Assembly: GCA_024641445.1 (NCBI GenBank)
Contig: JAHEDA010000001.1
Span: 1 to 33,823 of the forward strand
Source: Gammaproteobacteria bacterium
GTDB lineage: Bacteria > Pseudomonadota > Gammaproteobacteria > UBA6429 > Thiohalophilaceae
Direction of reading: 5' to 3'
Length of the DNA: 33,823 bases
Below are positions 1-8,882 of this stretch, in pieces (position 1 is the first letter of the stretch; each line of letters starts with the position of its first letter). The translations under genes were made by a program, and so were the position numbers. A model generated the notes under the pieces. The model made no database searches, had not been told where the DNA came from, and saw only the letters and a list, made by a program, of their open reading frames with translations.

Positions 1-36
1 TCGTGTGCGGTGTTACCGCCACGACCCTTTTGTTTG

Positions 37-627
37 TCAGGGGTTTTGCCCGAGTAGACCGGCCTTCAGGCCTTCATGGGCAGGGTGTTCACCCAGCCAG
101 ACCTTCAGTAGTGCCACATTGAAATCCCGCCCCACTATCGTCCCCCTGGATTGATGGTTTAATGAGACCAGCGTGCCTTGGCCAGGCCGATAGTCGAACG
201 CCAGCGTATCGCCTTTATGTACCGTCTCGAACAGGCCGTTGAACTGTGTCAGGCGGGGTTGCATTTCGGCGAATTCCGTAGCGCTCAAATTATTGCCAAA
301 CCCCTCGTTCCAGCTCTCGATCAATTTTTCCCGCTCGACCTCGTGATAGAGAAAGTGCAGTAACACCCGGTTGGGGACATCTTGCGCCAGGATGGCCTCT
401 GTGCGGGTTTGCCGGGAGGGCAAATAGAGGGCGCCAACGTAGATATCAAAGATAAACTTGCTACGGATACCGGCGCCATTGAGCAGCAGTGGTGTCGTTG
501 ACCCGGTCAGGCTTATTGATTCGGGTAGGTCGACATCGGCGATCTCGCGTGCATCAACACTCGCCGTGTTACAGAGGGCAAGCATGAGCACTAATGAGAT
601 TGAGAGAAAATATGCCCTTCCTTGCAT
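37..627 (-). CDS. Secreted chalcone-isomerase-like (CHI-like) family protein
   Basis: 196-aa ORF with an N-terminal signal peptide (LVLMLALCNTASVDA). The motif LLLNGAGIRSKFIFDIYVGALYLP is typical of bacterial CHI-like periplasmic proteins. Confidence 0.75.
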   Translation of the reverse strand: MQGRAYFLSISLVLMLALCNTASVDAREIADVDLPESISLTGSTTPLLLNGAGIRSKFIFDIYVGALYLPSRQTRTEAILAQDVPNRVLLHFLYHEVEREKLIESWNEGFGNNLSATEFAEMQPRLTQFNGLFETVHKGDTLAFDYRPGQGTLVSLNHQSRGTIVGRDFNVALLKVWLGEHPAHEGLKAGLLGQNP

Positions 628-703
628 AGACCACCTCCAGTACCGTGTCGATTATCAGGAGTATAGGCGAGATAGAGAAAAGTGTATTTTGTAGAGGGGA
701 GGT

Positions 704-1120
704 TTAATCGGGTGTTACCCGCTTTCGCAGGCCCTTGGTCTTACCGCGCTGGCTTTTGTGCTCCAATCGCTTTCGACTAACGCTGTGGGGCGTCCTGGTG
801 GGAATGCGTTTTTTGTGCGTGACGGCGATGCCCTGGATTATTTCCTGTAGGCGAGCCAAAGCCGCCTCACGGTTTTTCTCCTGACTGCGATATTGCTGTG
901 ATTTGATGACGATGACACCCTCCTTGCTGAGGCGTTGGTCATTCAGCTGCAACAGACGTTGTTTGTAGAAATCGGGTAGCGAGGAGGCGTTGATATCAAA
1001 ACGCAGGTGGATAGCAGAGGAGACTTTGTTAACATTTTGGCCGCCCGAGCCCTGGGCACGGATGGCGCTGATCTCGATCTCAGCATCTGGGATGACTACG
1101 TTATTTGATATGTGTAACAC
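704..1120 (-). CDS. arfB: Alternative ribosome-rescue factor ArfB (peptidyl-tRNA hydrolase, YaeJ family)
   Basis: GGQ motif in AIRAQGSGGQNVNKVSSAIHLRFD, plus a basic C-terminal tail (KKRIPTRTPHSVSRKRLEHKSQRGKTKGLRK). Collinear with E. coli ArfB from VLHISNN onward. I place the start at GTG 1120, preceded by AGGAA. The ORF-track ATG at 1216 adds about 32 non-conserved residues. Confidence 0.85.
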   Translation of the reverse strand: MLHISNNVVIPDAEIEISAIRAQGSGGQNVNKVSSAIHLRFDINASSLPDFYKQRLLQLNDQRLSKEGVIVIKSQQYRSQEKNREAALARLQEIIQGIAVTHKKRIPTRTPHSVSRKRLEHKSQRGKTKGLRKRVTPD

Positions 1121-1304
1121 GCGTGGTTCCTGGTAATGAGAAGAATATGACGTGACACGGCCATCGTTTGCCGCGTGGTCTAGTCTCGCCTGGGCTAGTA
1201 TACCCAAACAAATCACCCGGAATTGCCGCTTCTCTCATCTATCAGGCATGCTAATATCAGTTCTTATCTGAATCTCGCACCATTGTTGGTTGAGGCAAGA
1301 GAAC

Positions 1305-3053
1305 ATGGCATTGAGACTGGCCAATTATCTCTCCAGTGGTCATCGCTTCGGTGAATCTGAGGCCCATCAAGCATTCCGATTTCGTGTGCTCAACTACTTC
1401 ATGGGTGTCGCCGTGGTCTTTGGCCTGCTTATCGGCGCGTTGGGCGAGCTCGGGGTCATGGTGATCGGGGCAGTTCAGTCGCGCACCAATTTTATCTATG
1501 TGGTCTTCAACTTAGTCCTGATCTTCTGGCTGAGGCGGGATAAGGCCAGTTTTCACAAAATCGCCTGGCTCCAGGTTATCTCCACTTTTATTACCTTTCT
1601 GGTGGCGTTACTGGTTGTCCCCAACGATGAATTTCGCTTTGTTTGGTTCTACGTGGCGGTATATATTGCCTATATATTGTTGGGGGTGTGGGCGGGTATC
1701 AGCGCAACCGTCGCTGCCATCACGGTTCTTGTTGCTGCAAACCTCCTGATCGATCTGCATCTCTCGGCCACGGCAATCTACACGTCGGTGTTTGGGTTGA
1801 TCGTCGCGAGCCTGTTATCGCGGGCCTATTCCATGCAGATATCAATCTATGAGGCGCGCCTGAACAAAAAAAATCGCGAGTTGGAGGAGAATATCCGCGA
1901 GTTAGATCAGACCCTGGAGCGGGCCTATGAGGCGAGTCACACCAAGAGTATGTTTCTGGCCAAGATGAGCCATGAGATCCGTACACCCATGAATGGTGCC
2001 TTGAGTATGGTACAGGTCTTAAAGACGACTCCCTTGGATGAGCAACAACAGAGTTATCTCTCCTCGGTCGAGCGTTCGGGCAAGACACTGTTATTACTCA
2101 TCGACGATCTGCTGGATATCTCCCGCATCGAATCGAATAATCTTGAACTCAAGTCCCACGCCTTCAGGTGTTGGTTGTTTATTGAAGATATCCTGACGCA
2201 GGCCGATCCCATGTTTGACTCCGGGGAACTAAGTTTTGTCGCGGATATTATCGACGATATGCCGACCTATCTCATTGGTGATGAGATCCGCTTGAAGCAG
2301 GTTATCGTCAATCTTTTGGCCAATGCGGCAAAGTTTACCCGACACGGCGAGGTTCGGCTGGTGATTAATGGAGAGCATACGCACGATCAGCGCTATCATT
2401 TACATATTGAAGTCATTGATACCGGTATCGGTATCCCCGCCGATAAACTGGCAACCGTGTTTGAACCCTTCCGACAACTTGACCCGGTGCGAATTGCCAA
2501 TCGGGGTGCGGGTCTAGGTCTGCCGATCTCTATGAGTATCATTGAGGCAATGCAGGGTACCTTGAGAGTAGAATCGGAGCTGGATAAGGGGAGTTGCTTT
2601 ATTGTGGATGTGACACTGCCCTACACCGAACAGGGGGAGGTGGTGGTAGAGGATCTGCCACAAGAGTTACCTCACGGTAGGCTTCGCATATTATTAGTGG
2701 ATGATGATGCGATTAGCCGCCTGGCGGTCATGACCCTCCTGAATAAATCGGGACACGATGTGGTGGTGGCTGAGAATGGCGAGGAGGCGATCACGCAACT
2801 CGAACATAATACATTCGACGCCATCCTGATGGATGTTCATATGCCGGTGATGGATGGTGTCAATGCAACCCGGGTCATTAAGGCGCGTGAGCTAACGAAT
2901 GCCCCGGTTATCGGCATGACGGCGAGCGTCATGAACAATGAACGGGTCGGTTACCTGAGCGCAGGCATGGATGCATTGGTAGAAAAACCCGTCAACTATC
3001 AAACTTTGCTGCATGTTATCTACAGTAAGATCGAGCAGCGCTATAGTGCCTAA
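1305..3053 (+). CDS. Hybrid sensor histidine kinase/response regulator with a polytopic membrane N-terminal domain
   Basis: About 6 hydrophobic helices in the first ~180 aa, then a coiled-coil linker. H-box MSHEIRTPMNG, N/G boxes (NLLANAAKFT, DTGIGI, GAGLGL), and a C-terminal REC domain (ILLVDDD ... DAILMDVHMP ... MTA). ATG 1305 is preceded by GAGG. The ORF track starts at TTG 1290. Confidence 0.85.
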   Translation: MALRLANYLSSGHRFGESEAHQAFRFRVLNYFMGVAVVFGLLIGALGELGVMVIGAVQSRTNFIYVVFNLVLIFWLRRDKASFHKIAWLQVISTFITFLVALLVVPNDEFRFVWFYVAVYIAYILLGVWAGISATVAAITVLVAANLLIDLHLSATAIYTSVFGLIVASLLSRAYSMQISIYEARLNKKNRELEENIRELDQTLERAYEASHTKSMFLAKMSHEIRTPMNGALSMVQVLKTTPLDEQQQSYLSSVERSGKTLLLLIDDLLDISRIESNNLELKSHAFRCWLFIEDILTQADPMFDSGELSFVADIIDDMPTYLIGDEIRLKQVIVNLLANAAKFTRHGEVRLVINGEHTHDQRYHLHIEVIDTGIGIPADKLATVFEPFRQLDPVRIANRGAGLGLPISMSIIEAMQGTLRVESELDKGSCFIVDVTLPYTEQGEVVVEDLPQELPHGRLRILLVDDDAISRLAVMTLLNKSGHDVVVAENGEEAITQLEHNTFDAILMDVHMPVMDGVNATRVIKARELTNAPVIGMTASVMNNERVGYLSAGMDALVEKPVNYQTLLHVIYSKIEQRYSA

Positions 3054-3119
3054 GCACTGGCCTTAGAAATTTGGCTTTAGCGTATTGATTGATTCCGGTT
3101 TAACAATAAACTTCATCTA

Positions 3120-3779
3120 GTGCCCCACGCGACAAGCCCCCTCGACATGTTTGAACTGGAATGTCTATATAACGATGACGATCTGCTGGCCTTCAATAAG
3201 CCCAGTGGCCTGCTCGCGGTACCTGGGCGTGGTGAGTCCATGCAAGACTGTCTCTCCCTTCGAGTCCAGGCCGTTTACCCCGATGCCCTGGTGGTGCACC
3301 GCCTCGACATGGATACCTCGGGCGTGATGTTGATGGCGCACGGTAAGTGGGCTCAAAGCCAGCTCAGCCAAATGTTTCAGGCTCGGGCTATAACAAAGCA
3401 ATATCATGCACTGGTGACCGGACGACTGCGGTCACCCCGTGGAGAGGTTGATCTGCCACTCATTGCGGATTGGCCTAACCGGCCCAGGCAGATGGTCGAT
3501 TCCGAAAATGGAAAACCCTCTCTGACACGCTATCAGGTCCTGGACTATAACGCAGAGGCTAATATCTCACGCGTTTTGCTGGAGCCGGTCACCGGTCGTT
3601 CGCACCAATTGCGGGTACACATGCAGTGCCTGGGTCATCCGATATTAGGTGACAGGCTATATGCCGACGCGATGACTTTGGGAAAGGCCGCGCGACTCAT
3701 GTTGCATGCGACTACACTGAGTCTACAGCATCCTCGTGGGCATCAACGGCTTACCATTACGGCAGAAGTATCATTCTGA
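3120..3779 (+). CDS. rluA: RluA-family pseudouridine synthase
   Basis: Collinear with E. coli RluA: NKPSGLLAVPGR, catalytic HRLDMDTSG, DWPNRPRQ, TGRSHQLRVHM, GHPILGD. The start is uncertain: GTG 3120 or ATG 3147. Confidence 0.85.
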   Translation: MPHATSPLDMFELECLYNDDDLLAFNKPSGLLAVPGRGESMQDCLSLRVQAVYPDALVVHRLDMDTSGVMLMAHGKWAQSQLSQMFQARAITKQYHALVTGRLRSPRGEVDLPLIADWPNRPRQMVDSENGKPSLTRYQVLDYNAEANISRVLLEPVTGRSHQLRVHMQCLGHPILGDRLYADAMTLGKAARLMLHATTLSLQHPRGHQRLTITAEVSF

Positions 3780-3785
3780 ATGAGT

Positions 3786-3806
3786 AAGGCAAATTTAATT
3801 TGCCTT
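3786..3806 (+). terminator. Hairpin downstream of rluA (possible terminator or mRNA 3' stabiliser)
   Basis: Near-perfect palindrome aaggcaaatt-t-aatttgcctt, 7 nt after the rluA stop. No clear U-tract follows. Confidence 0.4.
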
Positions 3807-3858
3807 CCGATGTGTTCTGGCCTTATCTTGATTTAAAAATGAAATCAGGGGAGCAATC

Positions 3859-4413
3859 ATGAAATATCTTATTCTGGGGGTCCTGATCTTTGCGGGCGTA
3901 CACCTGTTACCTACCTTTGTTGGCCTGCGTGCGGGCATCATTCGACTCATTGGCGAGAAACTCTACCAGGCGCTGGTAGCGTTAGCCTCTTTTGGCAGCA
4001 TCGGCCTGATGGTGGTAGGCTTTAAGCACTCTGAGATGCTGGATATCTATCACCCACCCAAGTGGGGGCATCTCGTGACCGCCGTCCTCATGTTGATCTC
4101 GCTAACCCTGTTTGCGGCCTCACACATGCCAACCAATATCAAGCACTATACCCGTCACCCTATGTTGTGGGGGTTGGTGCTGTGGGGGGTGGCACACCTC
4201 TTTGCCAATGGCGATAAGTCCTCGATCATCCTGTTTGGTGGGCTGGCAGTCTATGGTTTGTTGGGGATGGCCTCCGCTAATTTACGTGGAGCGAAACTTC
4301 AGCCGCAGACGCTACCTTGGCGAGCCGAGGTCAAGCCGGTACTTGCCGGGGTCGTGGCCTATCTTGTCCTTGTCCTGCTACATCCATATTTGTTTGGCGT
4401 GTCGGTATATTGA
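3859..4413 (+). CDS. NnrU-family membrane protein
   Basis: 184 aa with about 5 TM helices. Motif HPMLWGLVLWGVAHLFANGD is characteristic of the NnrU family. GGGGAG SD upstream of the ATG. Confidence 0.7.
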   Translation: MKYLILGVLIFAGVHLLPTFVGLRAGIIRLIGEKLYQALVALASFGSIGLMVVGFKHSEMLDIYHPPKWGHLVTAVLMLISLTLFAASHMPTNIKHYTRHPMLWGLVLWGVAHLFANGDKSSIILFGGLAVYGLLGMASANLRGAKLQPQTLPWRAEVKPVLAGVVAYLVLVLLHPYLFGVSVY

Positions 4414-4522
4414 TTTTTACATGACACTTGGCGAAATACGTTTTGTTTATCGATATTGTTGTCTATAGTTACTCCTTGTAGAAATGTTGCCAATGCATTA
4501 CTAAATTAGAGATATTAAGACT

Positions 4523-5032
4523 ATGTGGGATCCCTTCTTTAAGATATTCCGATTACTCAATTCAGACCAGGACCCGTTTCATCTGAGTCTGGGCCTGACC
4601 CTTGCCATGGTGGCAGGCCTCACGCCACTCATGAGTCTGCATAATCTGGTTGTTTTGTTGCTGGTGATGGTATTGCGGGCAAACATTTCGGCCTTCATGT
4701 TTGGCCTGGGTAGCTTTACGCTGCTGGCCTATATGCTCGACCCACTGTTTCATTCTGTAGGTCTGTATCTCCTCCAGCTCCCTTCCTTGAGTGAGATGTG
4801 GACGGGTATGTATAACTCCAGCTTCTGGCGTTTAACCCGCTTCAATAACACCATTGTCCTCGGTAGCCTCGCAGTGAGTGTGGTGGCGCTGGTGCCGACA
4901 TTCTTCCTGATGCGTGTGCTGGTTGAACTCTATCGCAAGCACATACAAAAGCGCTTTGCTGCGGCCACTGGTCGTGCACAGAACCTGCTCAGATTTGGCC
5001 GGTTGTTCTCCCGTATTGGTAGTGATGGATAA
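4523..5032 (+). CDS. Small polytopic membrane protein, DUF2062-like (recalled as TIGR03546-type)
   Basis: 169 aa. The pattern DPFHLSLGLTLAMVAGLTPLMSLHNLVVLLLVMVLRANISAF matches the DUF2062 signature (P..iA.G.a.G...tP..g.h........lRaN). Stop is 6 nt before the next gene. Confidence 0.6.
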   Translation: MWDPFFKIFRLLNSDQDPFHLSLGLTLAMVAGLTPLMSLHNLVVLLLVMVLRANISAFMFGLGSFTLLAYMLDPLFHSVGLYLLQLPSLSEMWTGMYNSSFWRLTRFNNTIVLGSLAVSVVALVPTFFLMRVLVELYRKHIQKRFAAATGRAQNLLRFGRLFSRIGSDG

Positions 5033-5038
5033 TTCACA

Positions 5039-6847
5039 ATGAAAAAATGGATACGTTGGTCTGGTCTGATCCCCTTTGTCGTTGTCACGGCGCTGTTACT
5101 GGTCTTTTTCTATTTCTATGCGGATAACGTGGTGCGGAAGATAATCGAATCCACCGGGAGCGACATGGTGGGTGCGCGTGTGGATACCCGCAGTGTGGCG
5201 GTGCATTTTGTGCCACTCGGAATCACTATCCGTGGACTCCAGGTCACAAACCCGGACTCTCCCATGCAGAACATGGTCGATATCGATCGTGTCCAGTTTG
5301 GTATGGACCTGGGACGCCTCCTGCTCGGCAAGGTCATTATCCAGGATATGCTCATGGATGAGGTGAGCTTTGATACCCCGCGCAAGACCTCCGGTGCCCT
5401 ACCGAAGAAGGAAGAGAAGAAGCCAGAGCCCAAGTCCGATGCGGGTGGTTTTAATCTGCCGGGTATTGAGCTGCCCAGTCCGGCCACGGTGCTGGCGCAG
5501 GAGAAGTTGAAGACGCAAATTCTTTCCGATGAGTTGCAAAAGAGTATCACCCTGGCGCAGGGCAACTGGGACAAACTTCAGGCGAGTATCCCGACCCAGG
5601 CTCGCCTTGACTCGCATCAGGCACGCTACCAGCAGATTCAGAAGACCGATACCCACGACCTGCGTAAAGTTGCCGAGGCGATCAAAGACCTCCAAAGCCT
5701 GATCAAAGACATTCAGGGTGATTTGGATGCCATACAACACGCGCGAGATCAGGTTGGGCAGGACCTCAAGTCCCTGGACCAGCAGTATCACGCCTTGCTC
5801 AAGGCCCCGGGTGAGGATCAAAAGCACCTGCAACAAAAATACACCCCCGACACCAAGGGCGTGGGCAACCTGAGTGGCATGTTGTTTGGTCCAAAATCCA
5901 GGGAGTGGTTGCAACAGGGCCTGGTCTGGTATGAAAAACTGGCGCCCTATATAAGCAAGGCGAAGACTAACGAGCCCAAGCGTGAGCGACTCAAGGGAAT
6001 TAACGTGAAGTTCCGTGAGTTCCAGCCGACACCGGATTTTCTGATCAGCCGCATTCGCGCCTCGGTGACGACTCAGGCCGGCAAATTCAATGGCGAGATC
6101 ATTGATGTGACCCACCAACCCGAGGTGATTCATCGGCCCCTGACCTTTGTCTTTCATGGGCGCAATATGTCGCGCATGGAGGCCCTCGACCTCACCGGTA
6201 GCTTCAATCATATTGATGCGGCCAAATCAGTGGATGTCATGAATCTCAGCTTTATCAATTATCACGTCAGTGAGACCAGCCTCAGCGACGACCCCTCACT
6301 CACGCTCAAGATGAAGTCGGCGCGGAGCGACACCGTGATTAAGCTGGCTCAGCGTAGCGGGCAGTTGGATGGCAGCATGAACATGCACCTGCAGGATATT
6401 GCCTACGATAACAAGGCAAGTGATGGCGAATTCCAGCAGATACTCGTCAGCGCATTTAACACTATGCACGACTTCAATATCGATGCCCGGCTGGAGGGGA
6501 CCCTGGGTCAGCCTAAATTTAATCTCACCTCTGACATCGATCAAAAGCTTAAGCGCGAGGTTCAGGTCGCCATGGACAAGCGCATGGAACACTATCGTCA
6601 GGCGCTGGACACCGAGATTAAGAAGGCGACCGAGGCACAGATCGAGCAGGCACGACAGCAGATCGAGACCCTGCGTAAGGGTGTTGAGACGCAACTGGCG
6701 GCGGTTCAGAAACAGGTTGATCAACAACGCCAGCAGATTGAGTCACAGCGCAAGCAATACGAGGCGGATATCGCCAAGCAGCAGAAGCAAGTGCAACAGC
6801 AGCTCCAGGATAAGGCGCAGGACCTCCTCAAGCAGTTCATACACTAA
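5039..6847 (+). CDS. Large membrane-anchored protein of unknown function (recalled as TIGR03545-type; AsmA-like N-terminus, coiled-coil C-terminus)
   Basis: 602 aa. N-terminal TM anchor (LIPFVVVTALLLVFFYFY), a beta-rich segment, a K/E-rich linker (KKEEKKPEPK), and a Q/K-rich heptad-like C-terminus (QIEQARQQIETLRK...QQRQQIESQRKQYEADIAKQQKQVQQQLQDK). Confidence 0.6.
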   Translation: MKKWIRWSGLIPFVVVTALLLVFFYFYADNVVRKIIESTGSDMVGARVDTRSVAVHFVPLGITIRGLQVTNPDSPMQNMVDIDRVQFGMDLGRLLLGKVIIQDMLMDEVSFDTPRKTSGALPKKEEKKPEPKSDAGGFNLPGIELPSPATVLAQEKLKTQILSDELQKSITLAQGNWDKLQASIPTQARLDSHQARYQQIQKTDTHDLRKVAEAIKDLQSLIKDIQGDLDAIQHARDQVGQDLKSLDQQYHALLKAPGEDQKHLQQKYTPDTKGVGNLSGMLFGPKSREWLQQGLVWYEKLAPYISKAKTNEPKRERLKGINVKFREFQPTPDFLISRIRASVTTQAGKFNGEIIDVTHQPEVIHRPLTFVFHGRNMSRMEALDLTGSFNHIDAAKSVDVMNLSFINYHVSETSLSDDPSLTLKMKSARSDTVIKLAQRSGQLDGSMNMHLQDIAYDNKASDGEFQQILVSAFNTMHDFNIDARLEGTLGQPKFNLTSDIDQKLKREVQVAMDKRMEHYRQALDTEIKKATEAQIEQARQQIETLRKGVETQLAAVQKQVDQQRQQIESQRKQYEADIAKQQKQVQQQLQDKAQDLLKQFIH

Positions 6848-6957
6848 GGCCTTCATAAACCTTTACCCCTTGTTCATGCGACGTGGATGACAGCGTCGCT
6901 GACGAGGGGTATAGTATTTTTCTGTTTCAGTAACCCTGGCCGCTTCAAGGGATACGC

Positions 6958-7941
6958 ATGGCAATATCACCTCGTTACCTCTATCTCTTCAGTCTCTCCC
7001 TGCTGCTCCTGGTGGGTTGCTCCAGGAATGGGGCCGACCACGTCGTTGGTACCCTGGAGTGGGATCGCATCGAACTTGTTGCCGAGGCGAGTGAACCCAT
7101 TGCACAGATTGCCGTCAAGGAGGGTGACTTGGTGCAGGCCGGGCAGTTGTTGGTTCAATTGAATACCCAACGGGTGCAGGCCCAGGTTGATCAGGCCCAT
7201 GCGGGACGGGCCCAGGCGGCGGCGGTGTTGGCCGAGTTCCGACATGGGACTCGGCCCGAGCGGCTTAACGAGGCGAGGGCACGTCTTGCGGGTGCCGAAA
7301 AGGTACTGGAGGCGCGTGAGCGAGAGTTGCAACGCGTAGAGACCTTATATGAGAAGAAGCTCCTCAGCGCGAACAACCGTGATGAGGCTGCCTCCGCGCG
7401 CGATGGTGCGCGTGCCGAGCGTGATGCTGCCCATGCAGTATTGGAGGCGCTACTCCACGGGAGTACCAAGGACCAACTCAATCAGGCCGAACAGGCCCTC
7501 GCCCGTGCCGAGGGTCAGGTGCGTGAGTTGGAGGTCGTATTGGACCGTCTGTCGATACGGGCGCCGGTGCAGGGGCGCGTCGATGCCTTGCCCTACAAGA
7601 TTGGTGAGCGAGCGCCGACGGGGAATGTCATTGCGGTAATGCTGGCAGGCGAGCACCCCTATGCCAAGGTCTTCATCCCCGAGGCGTTACGCATCATGAT
7701 CAACCCCGGCGTCAAGGCGCGCGTACTGCTGGATGGTGCCGACAAGGAGTACGCCGGCGTGGTTCGAAGTGTCTCCAATGAACCCTCGTTTACTCCCTAC
7801 TTTGCCCTGACCGAGCATGACCGTGGCCGCCTCAGTTACCTTGCCAAGGTTGACCTCGTCGGCGAGACAAAAGACCTGCCTGCGGGATTACCGCTATCAG
7901 TTATTTTTCTGAGTGGGGCGGGTGACAACCTGGTGCCATGA
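6958..7941 (+). CDS. HlyD-family periplasmic adaptor (membrane fusion) lipoprotein
   Basis: Lipobox LLLVGC. Lipoyl-like hairpin (VKEGDLVQAGQLLVQL), a long Ala/Arg/Glu coiled coil, and a beta-barrel C-terminus (IRAPVQGRV). The stop overlaps the next ATG (ATGA at 7938-7941). Confidence 0.85.
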   Translation: MAISPRYLYLFSLSLLLLVGCSRNGADHVVGTLEWDRIELVAEASEPIAQIAVKEGDLVQAGQLLVQLNTQRVQAQVDQAHAGRAQAAAVLAEFRHGTRPERLNEARARLAGAEKVLEARERELQRVETLYEKKLLSANNRDEAASARDGARAERDAAHAVLEALLHGSTKDQLNQAEQALARAEGQVRELEVVLDRLSIRAPVQGRVDALPYKIGERAPTGNVIAVMLAGEHPYAKVFIPEALRIMINPGVKARVLLDGADKEYAGVVRSVSNEPSFTPYFALTEHDRGRLSYLAKVDLVGETKDLPAGLPLSVIFLSGAGDNLVP

Positions 7942-8882
7942 GTCAGGAGTTCGCCATTGTCGCGCACAATCTGACGCGCCGTTTTGGCAGCCTCACCGCG
8001 GTCGATCACGTCAGCCTGCACGTACCTCGCGCACAGATCTATGGTTTTCTCGGTCCCAATGGCTCAGGTAAATCCACCACCATCCGTATGCTCTGTGGGC
8101 TACTGACTCCTAGCGAGGGAGATGCCACCGTGTTGGGTTACAACATCCCAGGTCAGGTAAGTACCCTACGCCACAAGATTGGCTACATGACACAACGCTT
8201 CTCACTCTATGAAGACCTGACCACGATTGAGAACCTGCGCTTCATCGCTTCAGTCTATTGTGTGCCACATCGTGAGGCCAGGGAGAGTATCGAAAGCGCT
8301 TTGGAAAGATATGAGTTGCGCGATCTTATGCAGCAGCGTGCCGGTACCTTGAGCGGTGGTCAGCGACAACGTCTGTCACTGGCAGCCGCAACGCTGCATA
8401 GACCTGAGTTGTTGTTACTGGATGAACCGACCAGCGCGGTTGACCCGCAGAGCCGACGTGATTTCTGGGCGATCTTGTTTCAGCTGGCGAGTGAGGGTAC
8501 GACCATCCTGGTCTCGACGCACTACATGGATGAGGCCGAGCGGTGTCACAACCTCGCCATCCTCAATCATGGCGTCGTCGTCGCCAATGGCACGCCGCTC
8601 GATCTGGAAAAGCGGATTGGTGTCTCAGTGGTTGAGATCGGTGCGAAGTCACCCGCCCAGGTGAATTCATTATTATCTGCACAATCCGGAATCCTTAGTG
8701 TTGCCCAGCTCGGTGCCTTGATGCGCGTACTGGTGGCACACTCGATCAAAAATCCGGTGGAGTATCTGCAAGGCCTCTTGCAAACTCTGGAGGGTGATGT
8801 GGAGATCACCCTGACACACCCCAATCTTGAGGACGTATTTGTCGTTGCTACCCAGGGTGGATATGCAGGGGTGCTGGCATGA
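7938..8882 (+). CDS. ABC transporter ATP-binding protein
   Basis: Walker A GPNGSGKST, Q-loop, signature LSGGQRQRL, Walker B LLLLDEPT, H-loop STHYM. ATGA overlaps at both ends. Confidence 0.9.
   Translation: MSQEFAIVAHNLTRRFGSLTAVDHVSLHVPRAQIYGFLGPNGSGKSTTIRMLCGLLTPSEGDATVLGYNIPGQVSTLRHKIGYMTQRFSLYEDLTTIENLRFIASVYCVPHREARESIESALERYELRDLMQQRAGTLSGGQRQRLSLAAATLHRPELLLLDEPTSAVDPQSRRDFWAILFQLASEGTTILVSTHYMDEAERCHNLAILNHGVVVANGTPLDLEKRIGVSVVEIGAKSPAQVNSLLSAQSGILSVAQLGALMRVLVAHSIKNPVEYLQGLLQTLEGDVEITLTHPNLEDVFVVATQGGYAGVLA

Noticed and set aside
5399-6211. 270-aa ORF antisense to the 602-aa membrane protein gene
   Set aside because: It lies entirely inside a better-supported gene on the opposite strand. 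It is Leu/Arg/Gln-rich, as expected from reading CAG/GAG/AAG-rich coiled-coil codons backwards. It has no recognisable motifs or SD.
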